Shown in pieces: positions 1 to 8,815 of a stretch of 64,000 nucleotides of DNA. Where the stretch lies: the NCBI GenBank assembly GCA_014727915.1, contig WJMO01000007.1, positions 1 through 64,000 of the forward strand. Direction: 5' to 3'. The DNA is from Candidatus Altiarchaeales archaeon (lineage in GTDB: Archaea; Altiarchaeota; Altiarchaeia; IMC4; SCGC-AAA252-I15). How positions within the stretch are numbered: position 1 is the first letter of the stretch; each line of letters opens with the position of its first letter. Below the pieces are notes generated by a model that saw nothing but the letters and a program-made list of their open reading frames with translations, had not been told where the DNA came from and made no database searches. The position numbers and the translations under genes were made by a program.

Positions 1-1
1 A

Positions 2-195
2 TGCCGAAGGCGTGACTTGAACACGCGACTTCCAGATAACTCAGCTGTTATCCTGAAGCTCCTAGCCGTTTTGAAGGGCCAGCGCCTTGATTCCAAAGAT
101 TTCGTTTTCTTTGGGGGTGAAGCACCTTTCTTTTTTTGAAAAGAAAGGGGCTCGCTTATGAGTCTGGCGCTCTAACCAATCTGAGCTACTTCGGC
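2..195 (-). tRNA. tRNA-Met(CAT), elongator type (Ile2-CAT not excluded), with a 119-nt canonical 37/38 intron (38-156)
   Basis: Reverse complement gives GCCGAAGTAGCTCAGATTGGTTAGAGCGCCAGACTCATA^intron^ATCTGGAAGTCGCGTGTTCAAGTCACGCCTTCGGCA. Anticodon stem CCAGA/TCTGG; BHB motif with CTCA/TGAG helix and TAA/TTA bulges. Confidence 0.93.
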
Positions 196-250
196 TTGCG
201 TATGTTTATGTTGTCCGTGAGGTGTGTGTCTCGCGAACAAGTCGAAGCTA

Positions 251-331
251 GCAAGCCGTAGGCTTGCGTTTGCTTCGGCAAACGGAAATCCGTTTACGAT
301 TGTGCCATCTTCGGCTTCGCCTCAATGACAC
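251..331. repeat. Cluster of short palindromic hairpins (REP-like or structured RNA)
   Basis: GCAAGCC-gta-GGCTTGC (251-267), GTTTGC-ttcg-GCAAAC (268-283), AAACGG-aaat-CCGTTT (280-295), plus an imperfect stem at about 302-331. Confidence 0.55.
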
Positions 332-369
332 TGAACGTGTTTATGGACTCAGTTTTAGGTTTTTCGGGT

Positions 370-762
370 TTATATTTGGTTTAGGGTCAGGTCTAGGCCG
401 ATTGCTGCTATGGATAGTAGGGCTACCGCCAGGTAGTTGTAGATTTCTTTGCTTTTGTTTAGGCTTTGGACTATGTAGTGGAGGGCCTGCCGGTCTTCCG
501 GGTCTAGTTTGTTTTCTTCTATCTTTTCCATGAGCCGGTGTTTTCGGCTTATTTCGCGTCTTTTTTTGGTTATCGTGTACCGGTATATGAAGAATGTCAG
601 GTATCCTATTGCGCCCGTGTACCAGACAATCCGTATTATGGTCGGGTCTGCGTTTTGGAGCAGTATCAGGGCTCTGAAGGCTAGGGCTGAAAGTAGGCCT
701 ATGGCGAAGAATAGGTTCACCACTGGGGCGGGTAGTGTGTTCAGGTTGGTGTATGCGTTCAT
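370..762 (-). CDS. Hypothetical small membrane protein (about 3 TM segments)
   Basis: 130-aa ORF with hydrophobic segments. GGAGGTAAGGGGAG SD-like sequence and an AT-rich promoter region lie upstream. Confidence 0.7.
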   Translation of the reverse strand: MNAYTNLNTLPAPVVNLFFAIGLLSALAFRALILLQNADPTIIRIVWYTGAIGYLTFFIYRYTITKKRREISRKHRLMEKIEENKLDPEDRQALHYIVQSLNKSKEIYNYLAVALLSIAAIGLDLTLNQI

Positions 763-948
763 CTCCCCTTACCTCCAAGGATACGGACAAAATATAGGTT
801 TAATTAATATATAAATATATCGTTTTTTATTTAAATATGAAAGTATATTTAATTTTAAAATTAATTGTTAAATTAAATAACATGTTTTATTTAATAAATT
901 AATGTATGTTCTGCTATTATGGTTGTGTTTTCTATTATTTTACCGAAT

Positions 949-1431
949 ATGAGCAAATCCGAGGTTAAAGTCGACAAGGAAGGGGAATGGCATAAGGTCT
1001 CATTGGGTGATTTAGAAGCAAAGGTAAAGGTAATTGAGCCTAAAGGGATTGAAATGGGCCATTTCTTCGTTTTGGGATCTTGCGCGGGAGAGGATATCGG
1101 CCAGATAGTAGGCACTGTGCGTAGCGGTAAGCGTGTCACAGACTTTGACACAGTTCACGTAAAAGCTGAGAGGACGGAGGAGACCAGGGAAGATAGGAGG
1201 ATGGCTGTGAGCATGATGTTATACTCTGCCGAAGCGGTTTTTAGGGGTTTGGGTTTGAAGGTTTTGACAATGCGAACACATCCTATGATGGGCAGGTTCC
1301 TCAGAGACCAGCTTGGGTGGGAAGGGGATTTGGAGGGTAAGAACAGGACTTCCACTGTGGACATGACAAAAGACCTGGAAGAAACCGAACTGCAGCTGCC
1401 AGAGATGCTGAAGAAGCGGAAAAAACAGTAG
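949..1431 (+). CDS. Hypothetical protein, possibly divergent GNAT-like fold
   Basis: ORF follows an AT-rich intergenic region; likely start is ATG 949 (track starts at 919). C-terminal half resembles a GNAT beta4-alpha3-beta5 pattern (RRMAVSMMLYSAE...GLKVLTM...GW). Confidence 0.55.
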   Translation: MSKSEVKVDKEGEWHKVSLGDLEAKVKVIEPKGIEMGHFFVLGSCAGEDIGQIVGTVRSGKRVTDFDTVHVKAERTEETREDRRMAVSMMLYSAEAVFRGLGLKVLTMRTHPMMGRFLRDQLGWEGDLEGKNRTSTVDMTKDLEETELQLPEMLKKRKKQ

Positions 1432-1476
1432 TTCCACATATTTAAAGCTTTTTTCCGTATATTTTCTCTACGGATT

Positions 1477-1604
1477 CCCGTCTTAGCGTAGTCTGGTTTA
1501 ACGCGGCCGCCTGTAGTTGGTTACCACCCAAAACCAGGGTGGCGCAGTCGCGTGATAAATTAGCAGACAGCGGCAGACCTCCGGTTCAAATCCGGAAGAC
1601 GGGA
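1477..1604 (+). tRNA. tRNA-Tyr(GTA) with a 52-nt 37/38 intron (1517-1568)
   Basis: CCCGTCT/AGACGGG acceptor stem, GCCGC-CTGTAG^A-GCGGC anticodon arm, TCCGG-TTCAAAT-CCGGA T arm. BHB helix CTGT/GCAG with AGT/ACA bulges. Confidence 0.93.
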
Positions 1605-1617
1605 AATTTTCTTTTTT

Positions 1618-2799
1618 TTAGAAGTCTCTTCGGATGCTTGCGCCGTCCATACGGGGTTCTGGAGCTATGGGTGCTCCCGGGCCTGCCCCGGGCCGTGGTC
1701 TTTCTTCCGGCATGTCGGGTGTGGTAGCCTGTCTTTTGCCCAGTCCATAGTATGACACTGTCAGGAACCTCCCGGTCTCGTCTCCATAACCTTCCTTTGC
1801 GAATGCGACCTCGTAGGTCCCGTCCTCCCTCAGCCACATCTGCATGCCACCAGAACATGGTTTTCCGGCAGGCATTGGTATGCTGTAGACGCCGCGGAAC
1901 CTCCCTGATCTCTCATCCAACACCCCCCTAGTGATCCTGAAGGCGATTTGTCTGTCCTCATCTACGTAGCCGTTCTCATCAATGGGATGTACCCATCCCA
2001 TGCCCACCGCCCCTTCGGCGCCGCTCATAGAGAGGGCTAGCTCTCCGAGCTCCTGGCCGTCATACTGGCCGACACCGGATATCTTTATGCCGCCGCGCGG
2101 CATGTAATCCCTAAGTTGCACTATCCTGAGGTCGGGCGAGTCTGTTACATCGCCTGACTCCCGCAGCCGGATAACGTCGCCGCGTTTGAGGTTGGAGACC
2201 TCACCGCCACCCCATTCAGCCACATGAGTCCTAACATTCCCATCACCGCGCAACTCCCGCCTGAATACCGTGCACTTTGGGAGTTGGATGTCGGTAACGT
2301 CCTCTTTGACGCCTATCACGCTGCCCTTGTCGACGTGGGATGTGGCCTCTCTGAATTCCAGGTCGTCCGCCCGGGCTTCGGACGGGGAAGAAGCCGCTGT
2401 TGCAGCCGCGCCCAATCCAAAGACGCCCGCCATCCGCTTTAGGAATCCTCTTCTCGTGGCCTTCTCATCAGAGTCCATCGAGGCTACTGTGGCCACCGCA
2501 GCTGCGCCGGTCGCGGCCGCCAGGGCACCTCCCGCAGACGGTCCCGCGCCAGATCCGCTCCTCTTCCCCCCGGTTGAAGGCCTGAGGAAATCCGCTTTTA
2601 TCCCGCGGCGGTCCTGGTCTGTCCATGCCTTCGCCGCGGTAGAATCGTATCCAGACTGCATGGCTGCAGCGGAGGCTCCAGCCTCCAGGAAGGGATTATC
2701 CTCCACCGTCTCACCAAATCTCATGAGCTCGTCACCGGAGCGTTTTGCACCCTTTGCCTGCCTCGTAGCCGAGGACCGCTTAGCCACTCTGACTGTCAC
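1618..2799 (-). CDS. Hypothetical protein with an internal twin-arginine-like signal (RRGFLK...AxA)
   Basis: 393-aa ORF with a TATA-like element shortly upstream of the GTG start. Contains TRRGFLKRMAGVFGLGAAATAASSPSEARAD. Confidence 0.7.
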   Translation of the reverse strand: MTVRVAKRSSATRQAKGAKRSGDELMRFGETVEDNPFLEAGASAAAMQSGYDSTAAKAWTDQDRRGIKADFLRPSTGGKRSGSGAGPSAGGALAAATGAAAVATVASMDSDEKATRRGFLKRMAGVFGLGAAATAASSPSEARADDLEFREATSHVDKGSVIGVKEDVTDIQLPKCTVFRRELRGDGNVRTHVAEWGGGEVSNLKRGDVIRLRESGDVTDSPDLRIVQLRDYMPRGGIKISGVGQYDGQELGELALSMSGAEGAVGMGWVHPIDENGYVDEDRQIAFRITRGVLDERSGRFRGVYSIPMPAGKPCSGGMQMWLREDGTYEVAFAKEGYGDETGRFLTVSYYGLGKRQATTPDMPEERPRPGAGPGAPIAPEPRMDGASIRRDF

Positions 2800-3007
2800 C
2801 TTAGTATATTATGTGCAAGACACACATATATAAGTATTGTACATTGTTCAATCGGGGTTTTGGGGGTCTGAAAACGGCGAATTCCCACACCAGAATATTA
2901 GAAACCGATTATTTAAAGCCAAAAGCAGTATATCTAAGACCCAGCAAAAACAAAACAAACAAAAACCACAATAATTTAAAAAAAAATCCAAACTATTTAT
3001 AAAAAAT

Positions 3008-3080
3008 GCCCCGGTAGTGTAGCGGACTATCATGCGAGACTGTCGATCTCGCGACCCGGATTCGAATTCCGGCCGGGGCG
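3008..3080 (+). tRNA. tRNA-Asp(GTC), integration target of the adjacent island
   Basis: GCCCCGG/CCGGGGC acceptor stem, CGAGA-CTGTCGA-TCTCG anticodon arm, TTCGAAT T-loop. Confidence 0.95.
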
Positions 3081-3099
3081 TAGAACCAAGTGATCGAAT

Positions 3100-4284
3100 T
3101 TAGGGGCCAACTAAAGCCCCCCTGAATTTCGTTTCCAGCCATCCTCTGAATTCCCGGTTTTTGTACAGTTCTACGAAGAATTTTCTGGCTTCTTGTTCTT
3201 CTTGTTCAATTGTTCCGAGGGCTTCTGGGATTAGGGGCGTTGCGCACCGGTTGCAGAACCAGCCGTCTGGTGGATTGACTTTATTGCATTTGCCGCATTT
3301 CCGTGGTTCCCTGGTTTCCATTGGTTCCGGGGGTTTGATGCCGTTCATCCCCAATATCACGTCGTCTATGTCCCGGCCGCTCAGGTGGACGTAGGTTGCC
3401 GCCATGTCCGAACCCATAACCCACCCGAAGAATGCGCATAGTTGGCTTTCAGTCATTATTTTTGCCAGCTCTGTCGCCCGGCTGTGCCGGAAATTGTGGG
3501 GGTAGCATTTGTTTAGCGGTATTCCCGCTTGTTTGGCTATTCTCTTTATCATCAGCCGTATTGCGTCGTATCGTATGGGTTTCTTGTACTGAAAATCTAT
3601 CCATAGCGGCGATTCAATGTCATCACCGTAGGGATGATTTCTGATCCAGACTCTCAAATTCTGTTCCGGCTCCAAGACGAGTATGCTTCTGGCTCCCGTC
3701 TTGCCTTTTTGTACGTGGACCCGGACCCCGTTTTCCTCAAATACTATGTCCTTAATCCGAAGCCCACCAAGTTCTCCGACTCTCAATCCGCCATAGTAGA
3801 GCAGAGATATTATGGCCCTGTCGCGGTCAAACTTGCACGCCCGGATAAGTTGAGTGACCTCCGTTACTGCTAGAAGTTGTTCCGGGAGTTTCTTATCCCT
3901 CCGTTTGACCGTGCATTTTATGAACTCAACTTTTTCAGGGAGTTTGCCCCCGTTCATTACCTTGTAAAACTTCTTTACCGCTACCTTAAGGTCTTTTTTG
4001 GTTTCAGCGGCTGAGTCGCAGAAGTTGATCTTTGTCACCAGCTCCCTCAGGTCCTTTTCGGTGGCGTCCAAGAAGTCGAATTTGTAGTCCGTTAGTCGCA
4101 TGAGTTTACCGTACATGCCGTAGTATTTGCGGATGCGCATTTTCCCTATGCCTTCTGAGGCCATCCTGTTTATGAATTCGTTTATGGCATCCTTGTTTTT
4201 CTGGCTAATTCTAGGGTTTTGATTGAACCGGTTCTTTTCGAACTCCATGGTGTATTTACCCCGGTATATCGAGTTAGCGTCCAT
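3100..4284 (-). CDS. Tyrosine recombinase/integrase with C-terminal Zn ribbon (resembles archaeal SNJ2-type integrases)
   Basis: Catalytic R (GLRVGE), K (GKTG), HxxR (HNFRHSRAT), W (FFGW) and Y (AATYVHL); CxxC...CxxC tail (CGKC/CNRC). Confidence 0.93.
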   Translation of the reverse strand: MDANSIYRGKYTMEFEKNRFNQNPRISQKNKDAINEFINRMASEGIGKMRIRKYYGMYGKLMRLTDYKFDFLDATEKDLRELVTKINFCDSAAETKKDLKVAVKKFYKVMNGGKLPEKVEFIKCTVKRRDKKLPEQLLAVTEVTQLIRACKFDRDRAIISLLYYGGLRVGELGGLRIKDIVFEENGVRVHVQKGKTGARSILVLEPEQNLRVWIRNHPYGDDIESPLWIDFQYKKPIRYDAIRLMIKRIAKQAGIPLNKCYPHNFRHSRATELAKIMTESQLCAFFGWVMGSDMAATYVHLSGRDIDDVILGMNGIKPPEPMETREPRKCGKCNKVNPPDGWFCNRCATPLIPEALGTIEQEEQEARKFFVELYKNREFRGWLETKFRGALVGP

Positions 4285-4474
4285 TTTCCCTCAGAATCCT
4301 GCATGCCTGCCCCCAGGAGAGTCCATAGTCTCTCAAAAGCCGCCTAAACAGCCTTATATGCTCCGGCAAAGCCCTCTCCAATAGGTCCTCAATCTCCTCT
4401 TCCACAAGAGTATATAGGCGGTCAAACCACTTGTCGATACTGCAAAAATCCACGTACACACGTGAGACACACAC
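4274..4474 (-). CDS. Small ORF overlapping the integrase start (possible accessory/excision factor)
   Basis: 66-aa ORF, co-oriented with and overlapping the integrase 5' end. Function is inferred from position only. Confidence 0.45.
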   Translation of the reverse strand: MCVSRVYVDFCSIDKWFDRLYTLVEEEIEDLLERALPEHIRLFRRLLRDYGLSWGQACRILRENGR

Positions 4475-4562
4475 CTATAAAAACCTTGATTTTTTTGACC
4501 AGCCGGATTCGAACCCTATCTTTTTGATTCTTCCGAATTTAAAATCCACATTTCAATAATTA

Positions 4563-5027
4563 ATGGATAAATCGGTGGATTTTATGAGAGGGATTAATTC
4601 TCCCATTAAACCTCCTTCTCCCGATGTTTCTGAGAGGATGAGTCGGGTGAAAAGACAGGGAAGCAAGCTGGAAAAAGCAATGGAGAAAATTTTAAAAAAG
4701 GAGAAGATCAAGTATATTTATCAACCCAATGTTTATGGGCATCCAGACTTCCAAGTTTCGGGATCGAAGATAGTATTATTTTGTGATAGTTCCTTTTGGC
4801 ATGGTCGAAGAGAAAAAGAGGTTAGTGGTGAAGCCTTTAATAGGAATCGGAAGTTCTGGGTGGAGAAACTTAGGGCGAATAAAGCTCGGGATAAAAGAAC
4901 GAATCGTAAGCTTAGACGCGATGGTTGGAGTGTGTTGAGGTTTTGGGATGACGACATACTTAAGAATCCCCAAAAGGTTATCAACAAAATAAATAAAAAA
5001 ATCGATGAAAAATGTCGGGTAAACTAA
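4563..5027 (+). CDS. vsr: Very-short-patch repair endonuclease
   Basis: MSRVK..SKLE, GHPDF, FCDSSFWHG, FWVEKLRANKARD and GWSVLRFW motifs. Lies directly upstream of a C5 MTase. Confidence 0.92.
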   Translation: MDKSVDFMRGINSPIKPPSPDVSERMSRVKRQGSKLEKAMEKILKKEKIKYIYQPNVYGHPDFQVSGSKIVLFCDSSFWHGRREKEVSGEAFNRNRKFWVEKLRANKARDKRTNRKLRRDGWSVLRFWDDDILKNPQKVINKINKKIDEKCRVN

Positions 5028-6061
5028 CTGCGGTAGATCTGTTTTGTGGTGTAGGCGGTATTTCCCATGGATTCGTGAGGCAAAAGATATCAGTAGTCGC
5101 TGGAATAGACTCCGACTCCTCCTGTCAATATGCGTTTGAGAAAAACAACAAATCTAAGTTCATAAATAAGTCCATTGAGGAAATCTCAAGTTCGGAGTTA
5201 AAAAAGTTGTACCCCAATGGTTCGGTTAAGGTATTGATTGGCTGTGCCCCGTGTCAACCATTTTCATCATATACTAAAAAGAAGGCTAAAAAGAAGGGTA
5301 AGAAGGACCCCAAGTGGCATTTACTTAATCATTTCTCTCGTTTGGTCAAAGACGTAAAACCAGATATTATTTCAATGGAAAACGTACCGCATATAACAAG
5401 ACATCAAGTATTCAAGGATTTTGTTTCGACTCTAGAAAAACATAAATATAATGTAAAATGGGATATTGTCTTTTGTCCGGATTATGGAATCCCTCAAAAT
5501 CGAAAGAGGTTGGTTTTATTAGCTTCACGTTTGGGTGAGATTGAATTAACACCACCAACCCATGAAGAGTATGTGACAGTAAGAGATGCCATTTCACATC
5601 TCCCTAAGATAAAGGATGGGGAAAGAAGTAAGGATGACCCTCTTCATATAGCAAGCGTACTTTCCGAGAAGAATAAACAACGAATTGTACAAACTCCCGA
5701 AGGTGGTGGATGGAAGGATTGGGATGAATCTCTCATCGCTGATTGTCATAAGAAGGAAACTGGGAAATCGTATCGGAGCGTATATGGCCGAATGAATTGG
5801 GATGAACCCTCTCCTACAATAACCACTCAATGCAATGGATATGGAAACGGCCGGTTCGGTCACCCAGAGCAGAATAGGGCTATATCTTTACGAGAAGCAG
5901 CGATACTACAGTCATTTCCCGAAGATTATGAATTTATTGACCCAAATAGTAAATTTTTTATTAGATATATCGCTAGACAAATAGGAAATGCAGTGCCCCC
6001 AAAATTGGGGGAAATAATCGCAATATCGATAAAGGATCATGTTATGAAATACAATGGCTGA
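5012..6061 (+). CDS. DNA (cytosine-5)-methyltransferase, M.HgiDII-like family
   Basis: Motifs I (DLFCGVGG), IV (GCAPCQ), VI (ENV), VIII (PQNRKR), IX-X (SLREAA..Q, IGNAVP). TRD SVYGRM..PTITTQCNGYGNGRFGHPEQ resembles my recollection of the HgiDII/BbrUII-type MTases. Confidence 0.95.
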   Translation: MSGKLTAVDLFCGVGGISHGFVRQKISVVAGIDSDSSCQYAFEKNNKSKFINKSIEEISSSELKKLYPNGSVKVLIGCAPCQPFSSYTKKKAKKKGKKDPKWHLLNHFSRLVKDVKPDIISMENVPHITRHQVFKDFVSTLEKHKYNVKWDIVFCPDYGIPQNRKRLVLLASRLGEIELTPPTHEEYVTVRDAISHLPKIKDGERSKDDPLHIASVLSEKNKQRIVQTPEGGGWKDWDESLIADCHKKETGKSYRSVYGRMNWDEPSPTITTQCNGYGNGRFGHPEQNRAISLREAAILQSFPEDYEFIDPNSKFFIRYIARQIGNAVPPKLGEIIAISIKDHVMKYNG

Positions 6062-7958
6062 AAAAAAGAAAAAGGAATACCGAATAAATATTGATCCGCG
6101 TATTTTGGAACTCTTAGGTCCAAACCTGTATACAAACATTTATTATGTTCTCGCAGAACTAATTGCAAATGCTTATGATGCCAATGCAGACAATGTGTAC
6201 ATCATCCAAGAGGAGGATAAGTTAATTGTAGAAGACGATGGAATAGGCATGTCTTACGAGGAGGGTGACATCAATAAATATCTCGCCGTAGCAGTAGAGA
6301 CTAGGACCACGGAGGATGATGTTTATACTAAAGATAATCGGCGTAAACGTATAGGACGTAAAGGTATTGGGAAATTATCAGCGCTTTCCGTATCTGAAAA
6401 TGTTTACGTAATGACTGTTAAAGACGGGGAGAAATCGGGATTCATTCTATCCCGTCATGTTGATAGTGACCACCTATTACAACCAATTGATGAATCTGAT
6501 ATTTCATTTCGCCATATAGAAGAAAACGGCACTTCAATCATTATGACGAATCCAGAATACGGCCTCCATAGAACAGCAAAAGCCATAAAAAGAAATCTTT
6601 TAAAAATTTTCCCATACTTAGAATCTGATTTTACAATCCATATTAAAACCCAGACCGAGGACATAACTATCGAACAATTTGACAAAGAGATGATTGAAGA
6701 TTTAGGGGCCGTCATCTTGATGGGAGAGGAATTTCACAACCTAGCAAATTATTTCGATTGTCAGATAGAGGGCGTTTCTAACGAACAGAAAAAAAAGTTA
6801 CTCATTAAACGTGATGAAAAAAAATTCCCCTTGAAATTGAAGACAAGAGGTGGTGAGGAAAAAGAGTATGAATTAAGGATTAATGGCTGGATTGGAGCGT
6901 ATAGGACTACTAAAGGAAGAAAATCGGATAATACTGATTTCCCAGACAATTTTATTTCCCTTCTTGCCAACGGTAAACTTGGGGAATATAACATTCTACC
7001 GATTGCAGGGAAGAATAAGCTAATAGAGGTTTACATAGTCGGACAATTACATGTCGATCTTTTAGAGGAGACCGAACTCCCAGATATAGCATTAAGTAAC
7101 AGACAGGGATATAAATCGGATGATGAGAGATATCGGACAGTCATAAATTATGTTAGAGACGACCTCATCCCGGAAATAATTAATCTGAGAAACGCTTATG
7201 TAGATTTACGCGAACAACAAAAGAAGAAAGAGCAACAAGAAAAGGAGAAAAAAGATGAAGAAGAGCTTAGAAATAGAGTGGATAAATATACCAATGTTGC
7301 TACGGATAAGGTAGTTAAGGGTATTGAAACGGCAATAAAGGACAAACTACCAACCGAAGTAGTTCAAATGATACATGACGAATTAAATGAAGCCAAACCT
7401 CTCATGGGAATCAAGAGAAAAGTCGATACGCAAAAAAAGAAAGTATTGATATGTCATAGTTCAGGGGATAAGGTCCTTGCTGACGTCATATGTAAGATGT
7501 TAATTTACAATAATGTCCCTGACGTAGACATCATATACACAAGCTCAGAAAATGAAAACTGTCGTTCCCCTGAAGGTTCCGACCTTTTTGAATATTTAAA
7601 GGATTTCTTCGTGGAAAGTTATTCTACTGAAAAAATTTGGGTAATCTATGTAACAAGTGATGAGATGTCAAAATCGTGGTATGCAGTAACCGAAGTGGGC
7701 GCAGGTTGGATTACCAAAATAGACCATAAAATTTTCAATATACCTGGAGATGTTGGACATCAACCTCAGCAACCATTAAATATCAATCAGACCTGGCATA
7801 ACAGTGAAATTATTAAAGGCGAAGTAGCAATGAATGAAACAGAATTTGATAAATTCATTGTAAAGATAAGAGATGTATGCGAAAAAATTGGATACACGCC
7901 AAAAAGCAAAGAGGATAATGAAAAAGAATTAAAGAGATACGTCGAAGTAATAGATTAA
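6054..7958 (+). CDS. GHKL (MORC/MutL-like) ATPase - S5 domain - coiled coil - C-terminal TIR domain protein
   Basis: ELIANAYDA, EDDGIGMS, GRKGIGK and GTSI GHKL motifs; charged coiled coil. C-terminal VLICHSSGDK...IIYTS...YVTSDEMSKSWYAVTEVGAGW matches the prokaryotic TIR_2 pattern, with the catalytic Glu. Confidence 0.85.
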   Translation: MAEKKKKEYRINIDPRILELLGPNLYTNIYYVLAELIANAYDANADNVYIIQEEDKLIVEDDGIGMSYEEGDINKYLAVAVETRTTEDDVYTKDNRRKRIGRKGIGKLSALSVSENVYVMTVKDGEKSGFILSRHVDSDHLLQPIDESDISFRHIEENGTSIIMTNPEYGLHRTAKAIKRNLLKIFPYLESDFTIHIKTQTEDITIEQFDKEMIEDLGAVILMGEEFHNLANYFDCQIEGVSNEQKKKLLIKRDEKKFPLKLKTRGGEEKEYELRINGWIGAYRTTKGRKSDNTDFPDNFISLLANGKLGEYNILPIAGKNKLIEVYIVGQLHVDLLEETELPDIALSNRQGYKSDDERYRTVINYVRDDLIPEIINLRNAYVDLREQQKKKEQQEKEKKDEEELRNRVDKYTNVATDKVVKGIETAIKDKLPTEVVQMIHDELNEAKPLMGIKRKVDTQKKKVLICHSSGDKVLADVICKMLIYNNVPDVDIIYTSSENENCRSPEGSDLFEYLKDFFVESYSTEKIWVIYVTSDEMSKSWYAVTEVGAGWITKIDHKIFNIPGDVGHQPQQPLNINQTWHNSEIIKGEVAMNETEFDKFIVKIRDVCEKIGYTPKSKEDNEKELKRYVEVID

Positions 7959-8073
7959 TTAATTGATGCAATACGTTATAGAACGTGTCGATGAAGCGTA
8001 AATGGTTTTTTGATTTGCATTTCTCTTCACGTATTATCGACCTATATCGACAAGTCGTTTTCCGTTAATATTT

Positions 8074-8730
8074 TTGTTTATGAGGGAGTTTAAGTGTACT
8101 TGTGGGGCTGATAAGCCTAGTCGTATTGACAGTAATCGTCAGGTTTTTGTTAAAAGAGAGTTGCGGGATTATTTTGTTGATTTGCTTTTGAAAACGGGTT
8201 ATAGGGAGGTTAGGGATCCTGCGTTCTCCCAGGGCAGGGGAATAGCCTATCTCGTGAAGAATACGACTGGCGAGTCAAATCGCCATTTTATCCTATGGCA
8301 CCTAATATTCGAGGAGATTAAACGGTATACTGATGAGGTGAAATACCATCTTACAAGGGGCCCGGATGTGGAGTTTACCTCACTTGACGGCCGTAGAATA
8401 GCCGTTGAGGTTGAAGCCACAAAAAAGAACTATGGACAGATGGAGAGAAAGCTTAAGATATTGAAAAAGTATGATGGATGGTTTATAGTTGTCGCTAAAA
8501 GCCAGGATTTGAAACACTACCAAGGTTATGGGCCGACATTCACCCGGACTAAAATTCAAAATCTTATCGCCGAATATTTCAAGCCTGAACCACAGCCAGA
8601 ACCAAAAACAAAGCCCCAACCACTCCCAAAACCAAAAACAGAGCCATATACAAATAGTTCCTATTTGTATCAACAACCCATAATCCCAATTGACAAATCA
8701 AAAACCAAACGAAAGAGATATACTCTATAA
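8074..8730 (+). CDS. Hypothetical protein with a PD-(D/E)xK-like nuclease signature
   Basis: ESNRH ... GPDVEF ... IAVEVE motif and a Pro-rich C-terminal tail. Start is uncertain. Confidence 0.55.
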   Translation: MFMREFKCTCGADKPSRIDSNRQVFVKRELRDYFVDLLLKTGYREVRDPAFSQGRGIAYLVKNTTGESNRHFILWHLIFEEIKRYTDEVKYHLTRGPDVEFTSLDGRRIAVEVEATKKNYGQMERKLKILKKYDGWFIVVAKSQDLKHYQGYGPTFTRTKIQNLIAEYFKPEPQPEPKTKPQPLPKPKTEPYTNSSYLYQQPIIPIDKSKTKRKRYTL

Positions 8731-8815
8731 TATGTGCATATATTTTATAGGAGGGGCAGCTCTCCCCTAAGCACATTATATGATGTTAAAAAGGTGGAGA
8801 AGGATATATTGAACG

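Noticed and set aside
38-156. C/D box guide RNA in the tRNA-Met intron
   Set aside because: The only CTGA on the tRNA strand is part of the BHB helix, and no RTGATGA C box was found.
1539-1727. ORFs overlapping tRNA genes (1539-1727; also 52509-52742 and 52622-52879)
   Set aside because: They overlap well-formed tRNA genes and are spurious.
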